Virus record (IMG/VR): IMGVR_UViG_3300027741_000087
Span: 1-54,024 of that record
DNA length: 54,024 nt
From: a virus
Taxonomy: Duplodnaviria > Caudoviricetes
Strand: one strand, 5' to 3'
Part shown: positions 10,214 to 19,501 of the stretch, piece after piece
Numbering within the stretch: position 1 is the first letter of the stretch
Layout: every line of letters starts with the position of its first letter
Program-made: the position numbers and the translations under genes
The notes under the pieces: generated by a model
Told to the model about the DNA's origin: nothing
The model's database searches: none
The model's input: the letters and a program-made list of their open reading frames with translations, nothing else

Positions 10214-12067
10214 TTATGCTATTCTCGTTAGTTTAGCAAAACTACCTTGTTTTGGTGTTATTGTTGTGGAGCTTTCTGTTGTAGCAAGAAATACAGAATT
10301 ACCCAAACTACCAGCCTTTATGATATATCTAATACATGCATTATGGTTAACGCCTGTTGTTAACGATGCAGTAGCGTTTGCAAACGCTGCAACCGGACCC
10401 GTTGCACCAATTAAATATGCTTTAGTTGGTGCAGAGAAAGTTGTAACACCAGTATTGATAGTTTGTACTACTTCAGCATTAACAAAACCAAACGTATTAT
10501 TGGACGATAAACTATATAAAACAGTGCCAGCTGTGTTTTTTGTGTAATACAAATCGTATAATAATTCATACACCCCATTGGCTACTAGGTTAAATGTCGT
10601 CAATCCATAATTTGTTATCGCTGGACCTATAGCTGTACTATCATTAGTAAGATAAGAATATACTGGTACAGAATTAGCTGTGATATTAGTAGCCGTAAGA
10701 GTTTGTGTGCTTAAGGTATTGGTTGTTGTATTAGTAACAGTAATATTTGTAGCAGTAAGACTTGTAATTGTTGCCCCGGGTGTTGTTAATACACCATTAC
10801 CACCAACAAATACACCACCGGAGAAATTTAACGATAATGTATTATTACCATTTCCTAAATCATTAGTACCTAATCCATCCGATAGAACAGTTTCTGTACC
10901 TGTACCGAAAAGATAACTAGAAGAAAGAGCTGGAGCAGATAAACCACCCGTCAATGTACCACCGGAGAGTGGTAGATAATTTGATAAAGAGGTATAAGCA
11001 CTATTCCAGTTAGCACTTAATGAAGAGACCGTACCATAAGTGCTCTGCCAGTTACCTGAAAGTGAATTTAAAGTAGTATTAAGAACTAATTGACCTGTTA
11101 AAGAATTAGTAAGTGTTAAAGGAGTTAATAATGCTGATGTAGACTGAAGTAAAGTATTAGTTGCAAAAGAACTAGAAGTACTTTGATAATTTGTAGAAAT
11201 ATTATAAGCACTATTCCAGTTAGCACTATTGGAATTAACAGTTGTATAGGTACTATCCCAGTTATTTCTATTTGGTCCTGTTATTTTTGTATCAGCTAAA
11301 GATGTAATCCAAGAAGGATTAGAATAAGATCCATTTGTATAAACACCATTTGTTACAGTGTCTGCATTACCTGTTACATTACCAATTAAGTTAGCGCTTA
11401 ATGAATCAATAACAATGTTTTTATCATTCCAATCAAGATTAGCAGCTGAAATGGGTTCAGTAGTTAACCCCGAAAATAACGTCCAAATCCCTGGTACACC
11501 GCCACCAGCTCTTCTAACCAATCCTGTATGATTGTATCCAAGAGGGGCTTGGGTGAAGTGTGATACAATACCTACATCCAATACATTACTTTCGTAATTA
11601 TTATCATTAAAGTAGATAATATTATCACCTACTACAAGGTTTTTAGTATTGATGTACGTAGCCGATCCTGCTATTGTTAAATTACCAATAATGTTTACAT
11701 CTCCTGGGAATACAGCACTCTGAGGTAAGCTCAGGGTAACTGTAGATCCGGATTTAGAAGCATTAATTTGATTAGCAGTCCCAGAAACAGCTGTAATAAA
11801 TGAACCAGAAGCTGTTTGATAGGCTGTAGCAACATTATAAGCACTATTCCAGTTAGCACTTAAAGAAGAGACTGTTCCATATGTACTCTGCCAATTACCA
11901 GAAAGAGCTTTTAAATCAGATCCTTGATAGAGACCAGTAAGATTAGATCCATTACCGTAGTGAGTGCCAGAGAGAGATACAGCTGATACAGAATTAAATC
12001 TAGCAGAACTTAACCCTGTTACTGTGCTATTAAACTGAAATGACTGTGTTTCTATTTGTAAGGACAT
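10214..12067 (-). CDS. Fibre/virion structural protein
   Basis: S/T/N-rich, W-(N/Q)-S-(A/T)-Y repeats, long module shared with 608..5770 (HFTQAPLGYNHTGLVRRAG). Confidence 0.7.
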   Translation of the reverse strand: MSLQIETQSFQFNSTVTGLSSARFNSVSAVSLSGTHYGNGSNLTGLYQGSDLKALSGNWQSTYGTVSSLSANWNSAYNVATAYQTASGSFITAVSGTANQINASKSGSTVTLSLPQSAVFPGDVNIIGNLTIAGSATYINTKNLVVGDNIIYFNDNNYESNVLDVGIVSHFTQAPLGYNHTGLVRRAGGGVPGIWTLFSGLTTEPISAANLDWNDKNIVIDSLSANLIGNVTGNADTVTNGVYTNGSYSNPSWITSLADTKITGPNRNNWDSTYTTVNSNSANWNSAYNISTNYQSTSSSFATNTLLQSTSALLTPLTLTNSLTGQLVLNTTLNSLSGNWQSTYGTVSSLSANWNSAYTSLSNYLPLSGGTLTGGLSAPALSSSYLFGTGTETVLSDGLGTNDLGNGNNTLSLNFSGGVFVGGNGVLTTPGATITSLTATNITVTNTTTNTLSTQTLTATNITANSVPVYSYLTNDSTAIGPAITNYGLTTFNLVANGVYELLYDLYYTKNTAGTVLYSLSSNNTFGFVNAEVVQTINTGVTTFSAPTKAYLIGATGPVAAFANATASLTTGVNHNACIRYIIKAGSLGNSVFLATTESSTTITPKQGSFAKLTRIA

Positions 12068-12073
12068 ATTTTA

Positions 12074-14911
12074 TTAAGACGAGTAATCCCAGAGTTGTAT
12101 AGCTTTATTTACTCCGTTAATATTTATAATCAAAAATGAACCAGAAGCTGTTACAGGGTTTATAAATGTCGATGGCGATTTATTAATTATAATATTTGCA
12201 GCAGCTATGTTACCTTGTGAAGAGAGATTATTTACGTAGGTATAATCTGCTGAAGGTGCAACAATATCTGTTCCAAGAATAAATGTATTATTAAATCCTG
12301 AGTTATTAGCTGAACCACCTGCGACAAAGGAATTAATTCCAGATAGCGTGTTGTTTAAACCACCGACAATCGATGAAAAACAGCCGACTATAAAATTATT
12401 CTGCCCACCTACAATAGAGCTATGATGTTTGAGTACAGTATTACTGTAACCACCTCCAACGAATGAATAACCGTCGCTAGCGTAATTACTTTGACCACCG
12501 GCAATATTAGACCCATAACCATCGGCAACATTAAAACTACCACCACCTATAGAGGTATAGGTATTGCTTGCAGTATTACACAATCCACCTAAAATTGCAG
12601 AACTCGGTCCGTATGCTGCATTATATTGACCGCCTACAATAGAGGAATAACTTCCAGAAGCACTATTACCGGCACCACCAGCTACATTAGAGTAATTTGC
12701 GGTAGCAGTATTGCTCTGACCACCGAGAACAGAAGCACCATAGCCAGTACTAGAATTCTGATTACCACCAGCAACTGTAGCATACTGAGCTGATGCTGTA
12801 CTCAATCTGCCACCACCAACGAACGAAGCACCTCCTGTTGCACAATTATGGTCACCACCTGCAACGACATCATTCGCGTTTGTAGTGCAATTTGTATCAC
12901 CACCGCCAACAAACGAATTAGCTCCTATCGCACAATTGAATTTACCACCAGCTACATTAGAATAAAATCCAGAAGCTGTATTCCCTGTACCACCAAGAAC
13001 GGAAGAATAAGATCCAGAAGCTGTATTGTTGCCCCGTATAGGTTGAATAGAGCTTGTTGAATCAACAAGTGTAAAAGGCTGAGATGAAGCAGATTGATAT
13101 ACAGAATTCCAATTAGCGCTTAAAGAAGAGACCGTTCCGTAAGCACTATTCCAGTTAGCGCTACCTGCATTAACAGTTGTATAGCTATTATTCCAATTTG
13201 CACTATTTGAATGAACAAGAGAATTAACTGCAGGGTCACCAGCACTACCTGTCGCGCTTAATGCAGATAAGCTAACTGTATTTCCGTTACTAATAGAAAG
13301 GTTTGCGTTAGTAGAGTTAAAGGTAAGAGTTTGATTACCACCGCCTCCGGAAAATATACTAGCTAAATCGACACCACCGGAAAGATACTGACCGGTAACA
13401 TTAAGACTACCATTCATTGTACCACCGTTAGCGTATTGAACGGCGTTCGAGCCACCACCGGATCCAAGATCAAGAATACGGCGGGCGTAATTCATTACCT
13501 CCTCTGAAACTTGAGCTACTTTTGTATCTGTATACTTCTTAGCATCATCAACAAGAAGTTGAACATTACGCTTTTCAACGACGAGCGTTTGAATTCTCTT
13601 ATTAATATCCTTTATCGTTTCATCTAGCTTTGGGAGCTTACCTTCAATGTCAGCTGTAAATTTACTAACTGAGGTACTAACCTCGTTAATTTTTTGATCA
13701 ATTGTTGTGTTAAGATTATCGCGGTGCTCATTGATAACGAGCTTTAGAGCTGTATTGAGCTCTTTCGTTTTTTCATCAAATAGCACCGTAGCGGTTTTTG
13801 TTGATGTGTTTTTAAATTCTTCAAATAATTCTGCCTTATGCTTATCAAGCTGCTCTGTAACTGTTACATTAAATTGATCCTGTAAGATACCGGACCGATT
13901 AACGAGAAGTTGATCGACAGCTTCATTATTAAGTGTAAGCTTTTTCTCAACAAGTCCATCTATTGTTGTTGTAATATTACTAAGCTCACTCTCAACGTCA
14001 CGCCTGTGACTTTCTAATTCGGTAATAATTTTTTCTGTAAAAAGAGCTTCGAGGGTTGAAGCACGCTCGAGAAGAAGCTTATCTGTTGCAGTAGCGTTTT
14101 CCTCTAGTCTTTCAGTCAGAAGAACATTAATTTCTCCCTTAATATATTCAATCTGTTTGTCCTGGTATTCTTTGACTTCTGTAAGATTAGCTTGACTGAG
14201 AGTGTCAAGATACTTATTAACATTAATTTGCTGGCTGTCAAATTGCTCCTGAAAGGAAATGCTTAGATCGTTAACGGCCTTTTCTAATATGTTCTTTTGA
14301 TGCTCACCAATATGAAAGGATTCATCAAGTAATTCAGCTTTATAATCTTCTAACGTCTTTTGAAGTTTTCTATCAGCTTCTAATGTTTTACGTTCTTTTT
14401 CGAAAGCCTTTTTCTCTTGTTCGATTTTTTGTTGTTCGGCAATGAGCTTGGATTCTAATATTTTGACCTTTTGTATTACTTCACTGCTATCAACACTACA
14501 GGAAATATTATGTAAATCGCTAAAATCATCATTTTCTTCATCTATAGAAGGTAGTATGTACTCTTCTTCAATTAATTGAGTAGGCGTTAAAACGTCATTC
14601 GCTGACGGCGTACCGAGTGATGTAAGATTAATTGTTGATGGTGGTAGCTCTTTACCTTCCTCAATGGTAATAAGTTGAAAGCGAACATCTTTAAAAACCG
14701 TACCATCATCGAGAGCGACACTTGTTACAAGATAGTTACCTGATGATTCTTCTATATAATTATGAATAAACTCACCATCTTTTGTAGTGATTAACGAAAT
14801 ATTATTAAGACTTTCCTCTAAAGGTCTACAAAAAATCACATTCCCAGCAACCACCGTCTCTAAAAAAGACAAAGAGACACGGTTACTGAGTGTGACGTCT
14901 ATATATTGCAC
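12074..14911 (-). CDS. Fibre protein with long acidic coiled-coil N-terminus and GG-N-x-A repeats
   Basis: Shares the junction YA(K/R)RILDLG.GGGS....ANGGTMNGSLNVTG.YLS.GVDL with 608..5770; GTG start just after TATAAATA. Confidence 0.7.
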   Translation of the reverse strand: MQYIDVTLSNRVSLSFLETVVAGNVIFCRPLEESLNNISLITTKDGEFIHNYIEESSGNYLVTSVALDDGTVFKDVRFQLITIEEGKELPPSTINLTSLGTPSANDVLTPTQLIEEEYILPSIDEENDDFSDLHNISCSVDSSEVIQKVKILESKLIAEQQKIEQEKKAFEKERKTLEADRKLQKTLEDYKAELLDESFHIGEHQKNILEKAVNDLSISFQEQFDSQQINVNKYLDTLSQANLTEVKEYQDKQIEYIKGEINVLLTERLEENATATDKLLLERASTLEALFTEKIITELESHRRDVESELSNITTTIDGLVEKKLTLNNEAVDQLLVNRSGILQDQFNVTVTEQLDKHKAELFEEFKNTSTKTATVLFDEKTKELNTALKLVINEHRDNLNTTIDQKINEVSTSVSKFTADIEGKLPKLDETIKDINKRIQTLVVEKRNVQLLVDDAKKYTDTKVAQVSEEVMNYARRILDLGSGGGSNAVQYANGGTMNGSLNVTGQYLSGGVDLASIFSGGGGNQTLTFNSTNANLSISNGNTVSLSALSATGSAGDPAVNSLVHSNSANWNNSYTTVNAGSANWNSAYGTVSSLSANWNSVYQSASSQPFTLVDSTSSIQPIRGNNTASGSYSSVLGGTGNTASGFYSNVAGGKFNCAIGANSFVGGGDTNCTTNANDVVAGGDHNCATGGASFVGGGRLSTASAQYATVAGGNQNSSTGYGASVLGGQSNTATANYSNVAGGAGNSASGSYSSIVGGQYNAAYGPSSAILGGLCNTASNTYTSIGGGSFNVADGYGSNIAGGQSNYASDGYSFVGGGYSNTVLKHHSSIVGGQNNFIVGCFSSIVGGLNNTLSGINSFVAGGSANNSGFNNTFILGTDIVAPSADYTYVNNLSSQGNIAAANIIINKSPSTFINPVTASGSFLIININGVNKAIQLWDYSS

Positions 14912-14916
14912 ACCAT

Positions 14917-14924
14917 TATTTATA
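14917..14924 (-). promoter_or_regulatory. T4-like late promoter TATAAATA
   Basis: Exact motif immediately upstream of the fibre gene cluster. Confidence 0.65.
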
Positions 14925-15173
14925 TGATTTTATATGTTTTCAATATCGCAATACACGGTAGTTTAACACTTATAATGTAAAATAAAGTTGATTGCGTATA
15001 AGTTAAATGTATATTTTATGTATAGCAACGTATCTGCGATCTATATTGCAGCAACAAGCATCTTATTGAATTTTATCAAATACAGCGACGGAAAGATTTA
15101 AATGAAATAGTGTCTAGGAAATACAAACAACCATCATTAGTCTCAGAGGTTCAAATTCCCTCGTCTCTTTTTT

Positions 15174-15181
15174 TATAAATA
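15174..15181 (+). promoter_or_regulatory. T4-like late promoter TATAAATA
   Basis: Exact motif 7 nt before ATG 15189. Confidence 0.6.
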
Positions 15182-15188
15182 TTAGTAT

Positions 15189-15356
15189 ATGAGTGATTTT
15201 CAAATAGAAAAAACACTTCTCTATCAAAAGCGCTTAGAAGAAAAAAAGCATATTGAAAACAATAAATGGTATATGTCAGAACGTGCGGGTAAAGATGTTG
15301 GTTGGGAAAAAGCGCTACTTGACTGGTTGTTAAATAAAAACAAGTATCTAAAATAA
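15189..15356 (+). CDS. 55-aa DUF4032-C-terminal-like protein (not in ORF track)
   Basis: MSDFQIEKTLLYQKRLEEKKHIENNKWYMSERAGKDVGWEKALLDWLLNKNKYLK; KW..SE.AG.D.G.E.ALLDW motif. Confidence 0.65.
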   Translation: MSDFQIEKTLLYQKRLEEKKHIENNKWYMSERAGKDVGWEKALLDWLLNKNKYLK

Positions 15357-15457
15357 TATTAGATAATCCAAGTGTAATGATGGTAACTTGTAGGATTCAG
15401 TACCTATAAATAATTTTGTTAGACTCGGTAGCCAACGAAGAACTATCTAGTATATAC

Positions 15458-15465
15458 TATAAATA
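15458..15465 (+). promoter_or_regulatory. T4-like late promoter TATAAATA (second copy at 15405..15412)
   Basis: Exact motif 4 nt before ATG 15470. Confidence 0.65.
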
Positions 15466-15469
15466 CACT

Positions 15470-16453
15470 ATGATGACGTTTAAAGATTATATTTTTGTTA
15501 ACGAAAAGACATTGCAAAAAGCTGATATAAACAAATACCCACAGCGATTACAAGCTTTTATTCAGAAGCTTGAAACAGGTACACCATTCTCACTCGCAGG
15601 AAACGCAGGTGAGGAAGTTATAGTACCAGATAAAAACTGGCTTAAAAACGTTAAATCAAAGCATACCCTCGACACACCTTTTATCTTAACGAAAGATGGA
15701 AATAAGATGTTGCTCAATAAATTGGAGAAAACAAAAGAGTTTGGTGGATTAGGCTTTCATAGAGAGCGGAAACAAGTAGCGCAAACAGAAAACTTGCAAA
15801 GTCAGATAACAGATCTCGGTCAAGGTAATCCGATTACTATTAAGGTTGGAGTCAATGTTTACGAGAATTGCGTAGGTGCGAGAAACACAACAGGAAATTT
15901 CCCGAAATCAGATATTTCGATCATTAACGCTCAAGGTCAAGAAGTCATCTTCATTTCACACAAGGATAATGCAAGAAACGGATTACCGTCACCTAAAGGT
16001 TTTCAGCGCTGGTCAGGTATCACTGACTACGTTAACGAAACATACCCTGAAGTCGGAGCATTTATAAATGATGTTAAAAAGATTCTAACTAAACAAGGTA
16101 GTAAGACGGAGAAAGGTGAATTTTTAATGATCCCCGGTACTCTTAAGCGTGATATTAAAGACGAGAACTTAAAGTTTAAAGCATGCTTTGGTAAAGATTA
16201 TGGATCCGGAACCTTTGATGTCGATAACGTCCATTGCATTATTCAAGGCACTGTTGGTTTAAAGCCATTAAGCGACGGATCATACGAATTAACAGGTGAC
16301 CGTATATGGTTGAATGGCGATGTACCGAAAGAAGATTACGACCCTGTATTGACTGTATATAAGAGCGGTGGACCGGGCCGTTTTGATCAAAAAGTTCGTA
16401 ACGCTATCTTCTGCATTTATTCAAAAGAAGGAAGAAAGGGCACATACATCTAA
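15470..16453 (+). CDS. Putative PD-(D/E)XK restriction-endonuclease-like protein
   Basis: PKSDISII...FISHKD...FQRWSG motif; start reassigned to MMTFKDYI after the late promoter. Confidence 0.55.
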   Translation: MMTFKDYIFVNEKTLQKADINKYPQRLQAFIQKLETGTPFSLAGNAGEEVIVPDKNWLKNVKSKHTLDTPFILTKDGNKMLLNKLEKTKEFGGLGFHRERKQVAQTENLQSQITDLGQGNPITIKVGVNVYENCVGARNTTGNFPKSDISIINAQGQEVIFISHKDNARNGLPSPKGFQRWSGITDYVNETYPEVGAFINDVKKILTKQGSKTEKGEFLMIPGTLKRDIKDENLKFKACFGKDYGSGTFDVDNVHCIIQGTVGLKPLSDGSYELTGDRIWLNGDVPKEDYDPVLTVYKSGGPGRFDQKVRNAIFCIYSKEGRKGTYI

Positions 16454-16457
16454 TCTC

Positions 16458-17144
16458 ATGACCTTTAAGGAATTTTTACAGGAAAAAAAGAAGCATAGTA
16501 AGGCTGAAGCTGAATACGTAGCTCATCCTGTAAGAGGCGAAGCATGTAAACATTGCACAATGTGGAGAGAGCCAAATCAATGTACAGCTGTAGCGGGTTC
16601 AATCGATCCTGACGGGTGGTGTAAATGGTATAAGAGAACCCATCGAAAGAACTTAACCGAAGCTGTAACTCCTATAGATGTTCTTCAAACAGCTCTTGAT
16701 ACTATAGGGTTTGTTCCAGAAGTTGGTTCGTTTGCTAATGCAGCTAATACTATAATATCTACCCTACGAGCTGCATTAGCAAAAGAGAAAGACGAAAAAA
16801 AGAAACATATTATCAATGCAGGTATTAGTGCAGTAGGTGTTATACCGTTTGCTGGTCTTATTAATCTATTAAAATTAAGAAAAGTAAAGCCTGTAGCAAA
16901 AATTACCGTGCAGGGAGCTCGAGCTTTAAAAGCGTACGGTAAAACACAGCAAGCAATAGGAAATCGTTTTAATTCAGTAACAGAGAAATCTATTCACGAT
17001 CCCGTCCACCCTGGCATTCTTAAGCGACAGATAAAGGGTAAAGTAACCTGTGCGAAAGCTAGAGCATTAAAAGCACGTCAGAAGAATAAAGGCAATGCAA
17101 CTGCAAAAGCCGCGAATCGTTTTCAAAACTATCATTGCCAATAA
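16458..17144 (+). CDS. Multidomain protein: HiPIP-like 4-Cys domain, pre-toxin-TG-like helical segment, basic C-terminal domain
   Basis: AEYVAHP..GEACKHCTMW..PNQCTAVAGSIDPDGWCKWY fits the short HiPIP pattern; ALDTIGFVPEVGSFANAAN resembles TG domains; start MTFKEFLQE. Confidence 0.7.
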   Translation: MTFKEFLQEKKKHSKAEAEYVAHPVRGEACKHCTMWREPNQCTAVAGSIDPDGWCKWYKRTHRKNLTEAVTPIDVLQTALDTIGFVPEVGSFANAANTIISTLRAALAKEKDEKKKHIINAGISAVGVIPFAGLINLLKLRKVKPVAKITVQGARALKAYGKTQQAIGNRFNSVTEKSIHDPVHPGILKRQIKGKVTCAKARALKARQKNKGNATAKAANRFQNYHCQ

Positions 17145-17175
17145 AAGAGGTTCCTATATAATATATAAATTATAC

Positions 17176-17264
17176 GGAAGTTGCCCGGTAGGTCGAGGAC
17201 ACGCTCTTGAAAAGCGCTGGGGCCTAAAAAGCCCTCGAGAGTTCGAATCTCTCAGCTTCCGCCA
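17176..17264 (+). tRNA. tRNA-Ser(UGA)
   Basis: Cloverleaf, loop CTTGAAA, long variable arm, GTTCGAAT T-loop, GCCA end. Confidence 0.9.
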
Positions 17265-17275
17265 TTTTTTTATAT

Positions 17276-17350
17276 CCCTGGTGAGACAGCAAGTGAAGTT
17301 CGTAGTCTGCAAAACTACTATGCTCGGAGCGTTACCGAGACCGGGGTCCA
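17276..17350 (+). tRNA. tRNA-Cys(GCA) with atypical T-loop
   Basis: GTAGT-CTGCAAA-ACTAC anticodon arm, U73, CCA; T-arm CTCGG-AGCGTTA-CCGAG. Confidence 0.8.
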
Positions 17351-17384
17351 TTTTTAAAGTAGTCCTCTGAACATAAATAATCAT

Positions 17385-17528
17385 ATGACAACGCCTGATG
17401 AAGGTGCTTTCCTTGGTTTAACGTTGATTCCCTTCGTTACCGTATGTCTTCTCTGCTACATAGCTTGCGGAATATATAAATTCATCAAGTGGTTACATAA
17501 GCAATTCAAAAAAAATTCCGGAATTTAA
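17385..17528 (+). CDS. 47-aa putative membrane peptide
   Basis: ATAAATA upstream; single hydrophobic stretch FLGLTLIPFVTVCLLCYIACGIY. Confidence 0.5.
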   Translation: MTTPDEGAFLGLTLIPFVTVCLLCYIACGIYKFIKWLHKQFKKNSGI

Positions 17529-17574
17529 TTTTTTTCCTGGATATTGAATTAAATTCCGCCATAATAAAGGGGTC

Positions 17575-18678
17575 ATGAGTAACACAACTACAATAGAAAA
17601 GTTCGTAAGCAAGCGTTCGGAAGTTCAATCACGAGTCGATGACCTTCGTCTCGTACCGTTGAACCTTCGAAACATTCACAAGAACGGTAATAAGTTCTAT
17701 AATAACGACACAGAGATGGAGTCTTCTTCCCTGAAGTCTCTCCTTGGTGTTCTCGGCGTTAAGGAAAACCTTGTTAACGAAATTAAGGATGACCGCACCC
17801 AGTGGGAACCTCTTCATGAGGCTCTTGCTAACATTAAGCAGGATAAGGTTATTACCGCGGTCTACGATCGTAAGAACAACAATATCACACAAGTCTTAAA
17901 CCGTAGTATAAAAGAGGAGAAGCCAATTGATCTTTCAAGTGGTCTTCGTTTTACAGAAGAATTTCTGAAAAATACCGATACTAGTCTTGATCTTCAAGAT
18001 TTTAACTTTGATGCGCAGAACATTTGCATCAATATTAATTTCAAGAACCCAGATGCTGATATCGACGTATTCAGTGACGGTAAGGATATGTGGAAGGCAG
18101 GATTTAGTCTTCAGTTCCATTTGAATAAGTTCGTCTCTTCACCTTATCTCCTTCGTCTAGTTTGCTCTAACGGAATGGTTGCTGCTCATCGTATGTCTCA
18201 GCGCTTCATTAATTCCGATGAGTTTAATCAGCGTACATTCGATCGTCAGGTTCAGAAGTATGTTGGACCTACATCGCAGGTTGATGAGGTTATAACCTAT
18301 TGCAACCGCCTTAGGAACAATAACGCGTCACTTCGTGAGTACTTTGATGCGCATGATGTTGTTGCAAACTTCGATAGGGATCTTGCTAGCGAAGTGTTTC
18401 CGACTGTTGATATCTCTAGTCGTTATCGTTCAATTGGTATTGAGGCACGGAAGCAAAACGCTCGTTGGAAGGCTACAGCAAATTCTAACGTCAATAGCTA
18501 TGATGTATTCAATCGCTTGACGAACGTTGCAACACACCGTCTATCCGATCAGGATATTGCAATGAGGATGGAGATTAACCGACTTGCGTCCGGTCTCTTC
18601 TTCAACGGTCCAGACTTCCAGGCTGTAGCACCGGATCCGTTTAAGAAGGATCTCGCTTCAGCGACGCTCGATGCCTAA
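17575..18678 (+). CDS. DUF932-like domain protein (probable early gene)
   Basis: PYLLRLVCSNGMV motif and C-terminal YDVFNRLTNVATH; sigma70-like elements upstream, hairpin downstream. Confidence 0.55.
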   Translation: MSNTTTIEKFVSKRSEVQSRVDDLRLVPLNLRNIHKNGNKFYNNDTEMESSSLKSLLGVLGVKENLVNEIKDDRTQWEPLHEALANIKQDKVITAVYDRKNNNITQVLNRSIKEEKPIDLSSGLRFTEEFLKNTDTSLDLQDFNFDAQNICININFKNPDADIDVFSDGKDMWKAGFSLQFHLNKFVSSPYLLRLVCSNGMVAAHRMSQRFINSDEFNQRTFDRQVQKYVGPTSQVDEVITYCNRLRNNNASLREYFDAHDVVANFDRDLASEVFPTVDISSRYRSIGIEARKQNARWKATANSNVNSYDVFNRLTNVATHRLSDQDIAMRMEINRLASGLFFNGPDFQAVAPDPFKKDLASATLDA

Positions 18679-18686
18679 GTAACAAG

Positions 18687-18716
18687 AAAGATCTCGGTAT
18701 TAATACCGAGATCTTT
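18687..18716. terminator. Perfect 30-bp palindrome, probable bidirectional intrinsic terminator
   Basis: AAAGATCTCGGTATT|AATACCGAGATCTTT directly after a stop codon. Confidence 0.75.
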
Positions 18717-18726
18717 TGCTTAGATC

Positions 18727-18802
18727 GGAGATGTAGCATAACGGCTAATGCACTTCTTTGCCAAAGAAGATACTGCCAGTTCGAATCTGGTCATCTCCTC
18801 CA
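18727..18802 (+). tRNA. tRNA-Gly(GCC)
   Basis: CTTCT-TTGCCAA-AGAAG, TTCGAAT T-loop, TCCA end. Confidence 0.9.
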
Positions 18803-18847
18803 TTTAAAAACCATTACTTTTTCAGATTAATCATATATAATACATAC

Positions 18848-19063
18848 ATGAAAATAAAATCAGCTAGATTTAAAAAAAGTGAAATGTACACAATCTCGGT
18901 TAAGTTTCCAAACAATTGTACATATGAAGAGCGAGAGCACGTGCTTAAATGCGCAATTATTAGAGAGAACTGCAAATACGATAAGTTACCATTTCACTAT
19001 ATTATTACTGAAAAGGATATGAAATCCGCTAAGGTAAATATCTTTGTAAAAAAGAAAAAATGA
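18848..19063 (+). CDS. Hypothetical protein
   Basis: Start reassigned to MKIKSARF; the longer ORF call overlaps tRNA-Gly. Confidence 0.55.
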   Translation: MKIKSARFKKSEMYTISVKFPNNCTYEEREHVLKCAIIRENCKYDKLPFHYIITEKDMKSAKVNIFVKKKK

Positions 19064-19269
19064 AATACAAATTTTTAGCTAGATTTTATTATATTATTGG
19101 AGATATCTCCTGGAGGATATTTGCAACTTTCGATAGGTGTTTTCTTCGTGTATTTATACCGTATTTTTTTTGGGAATGGTATCAAATCTGTATGCTAAGA
19201 TCAATTACATATGACAAAAAGGCAGGTTTTACTATCTGGAAAACACTAGAAGATATATATAAGAAGTAA
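19060..19269 (+). CDS. Hypothetical protein
   Basis: ATGA overlap with the previous ORF. Confidence 0.55.
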   Translation: MKYKFLARFYYIIGDISWRIFATFDRCFLRVFIPYFFWEWYQICMLRSITYDKKAGFTIWKTLEDIYKK

Positions 19270-19309
19270 TGTGTATTAATATATAAATAAGATATACACG
19301 TTATTTTTT

Positions 19310-19492
19310 ATGCATATTGTTCACGTTTATAAAGGAGAAGCTATTGACCGTGCCTTAAAGAGACTTAAGGCTAAAATGGATATTGACGACGTATTAGAGG
19401 AAGTTAGGAGTAGAAAGGAATTTGAAACAAATGCGCAAAAGCGTAAACGTAAGCAAAAATCATTAGATAAGAAAAGAAAGCGTAACCGATAA
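19310..19492 (+). CDS. rpsU: Ribosomal protein bS21
   Basis: KGEAIDRALKRLKAK...LEEVRSRKEFET..QKRKRK fits bS21; TATAAATA at 19282..19289. Confidence 0.85.
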   Translation: MHIVHVYKGEAIDRALKRLKAKMDIDDVLEEVRSRKEFETNAQKRKRKQKSLDKKRKRNR

Positions 19493-19501
19493 TTATCTTG
19501 T

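Noticed and set aside
884-13060. Short antisense or alternate-frame ORFs inside fibre and Gly-rich genes
   Set aside because: Shadows of biased repetitive coding sequence with no independent signals
17095-17384. ORF-track calls 17095..17370 and 17154..17384
   Set aside because: They overlap tRNA-Ser and tRNA-Cys and are spurious
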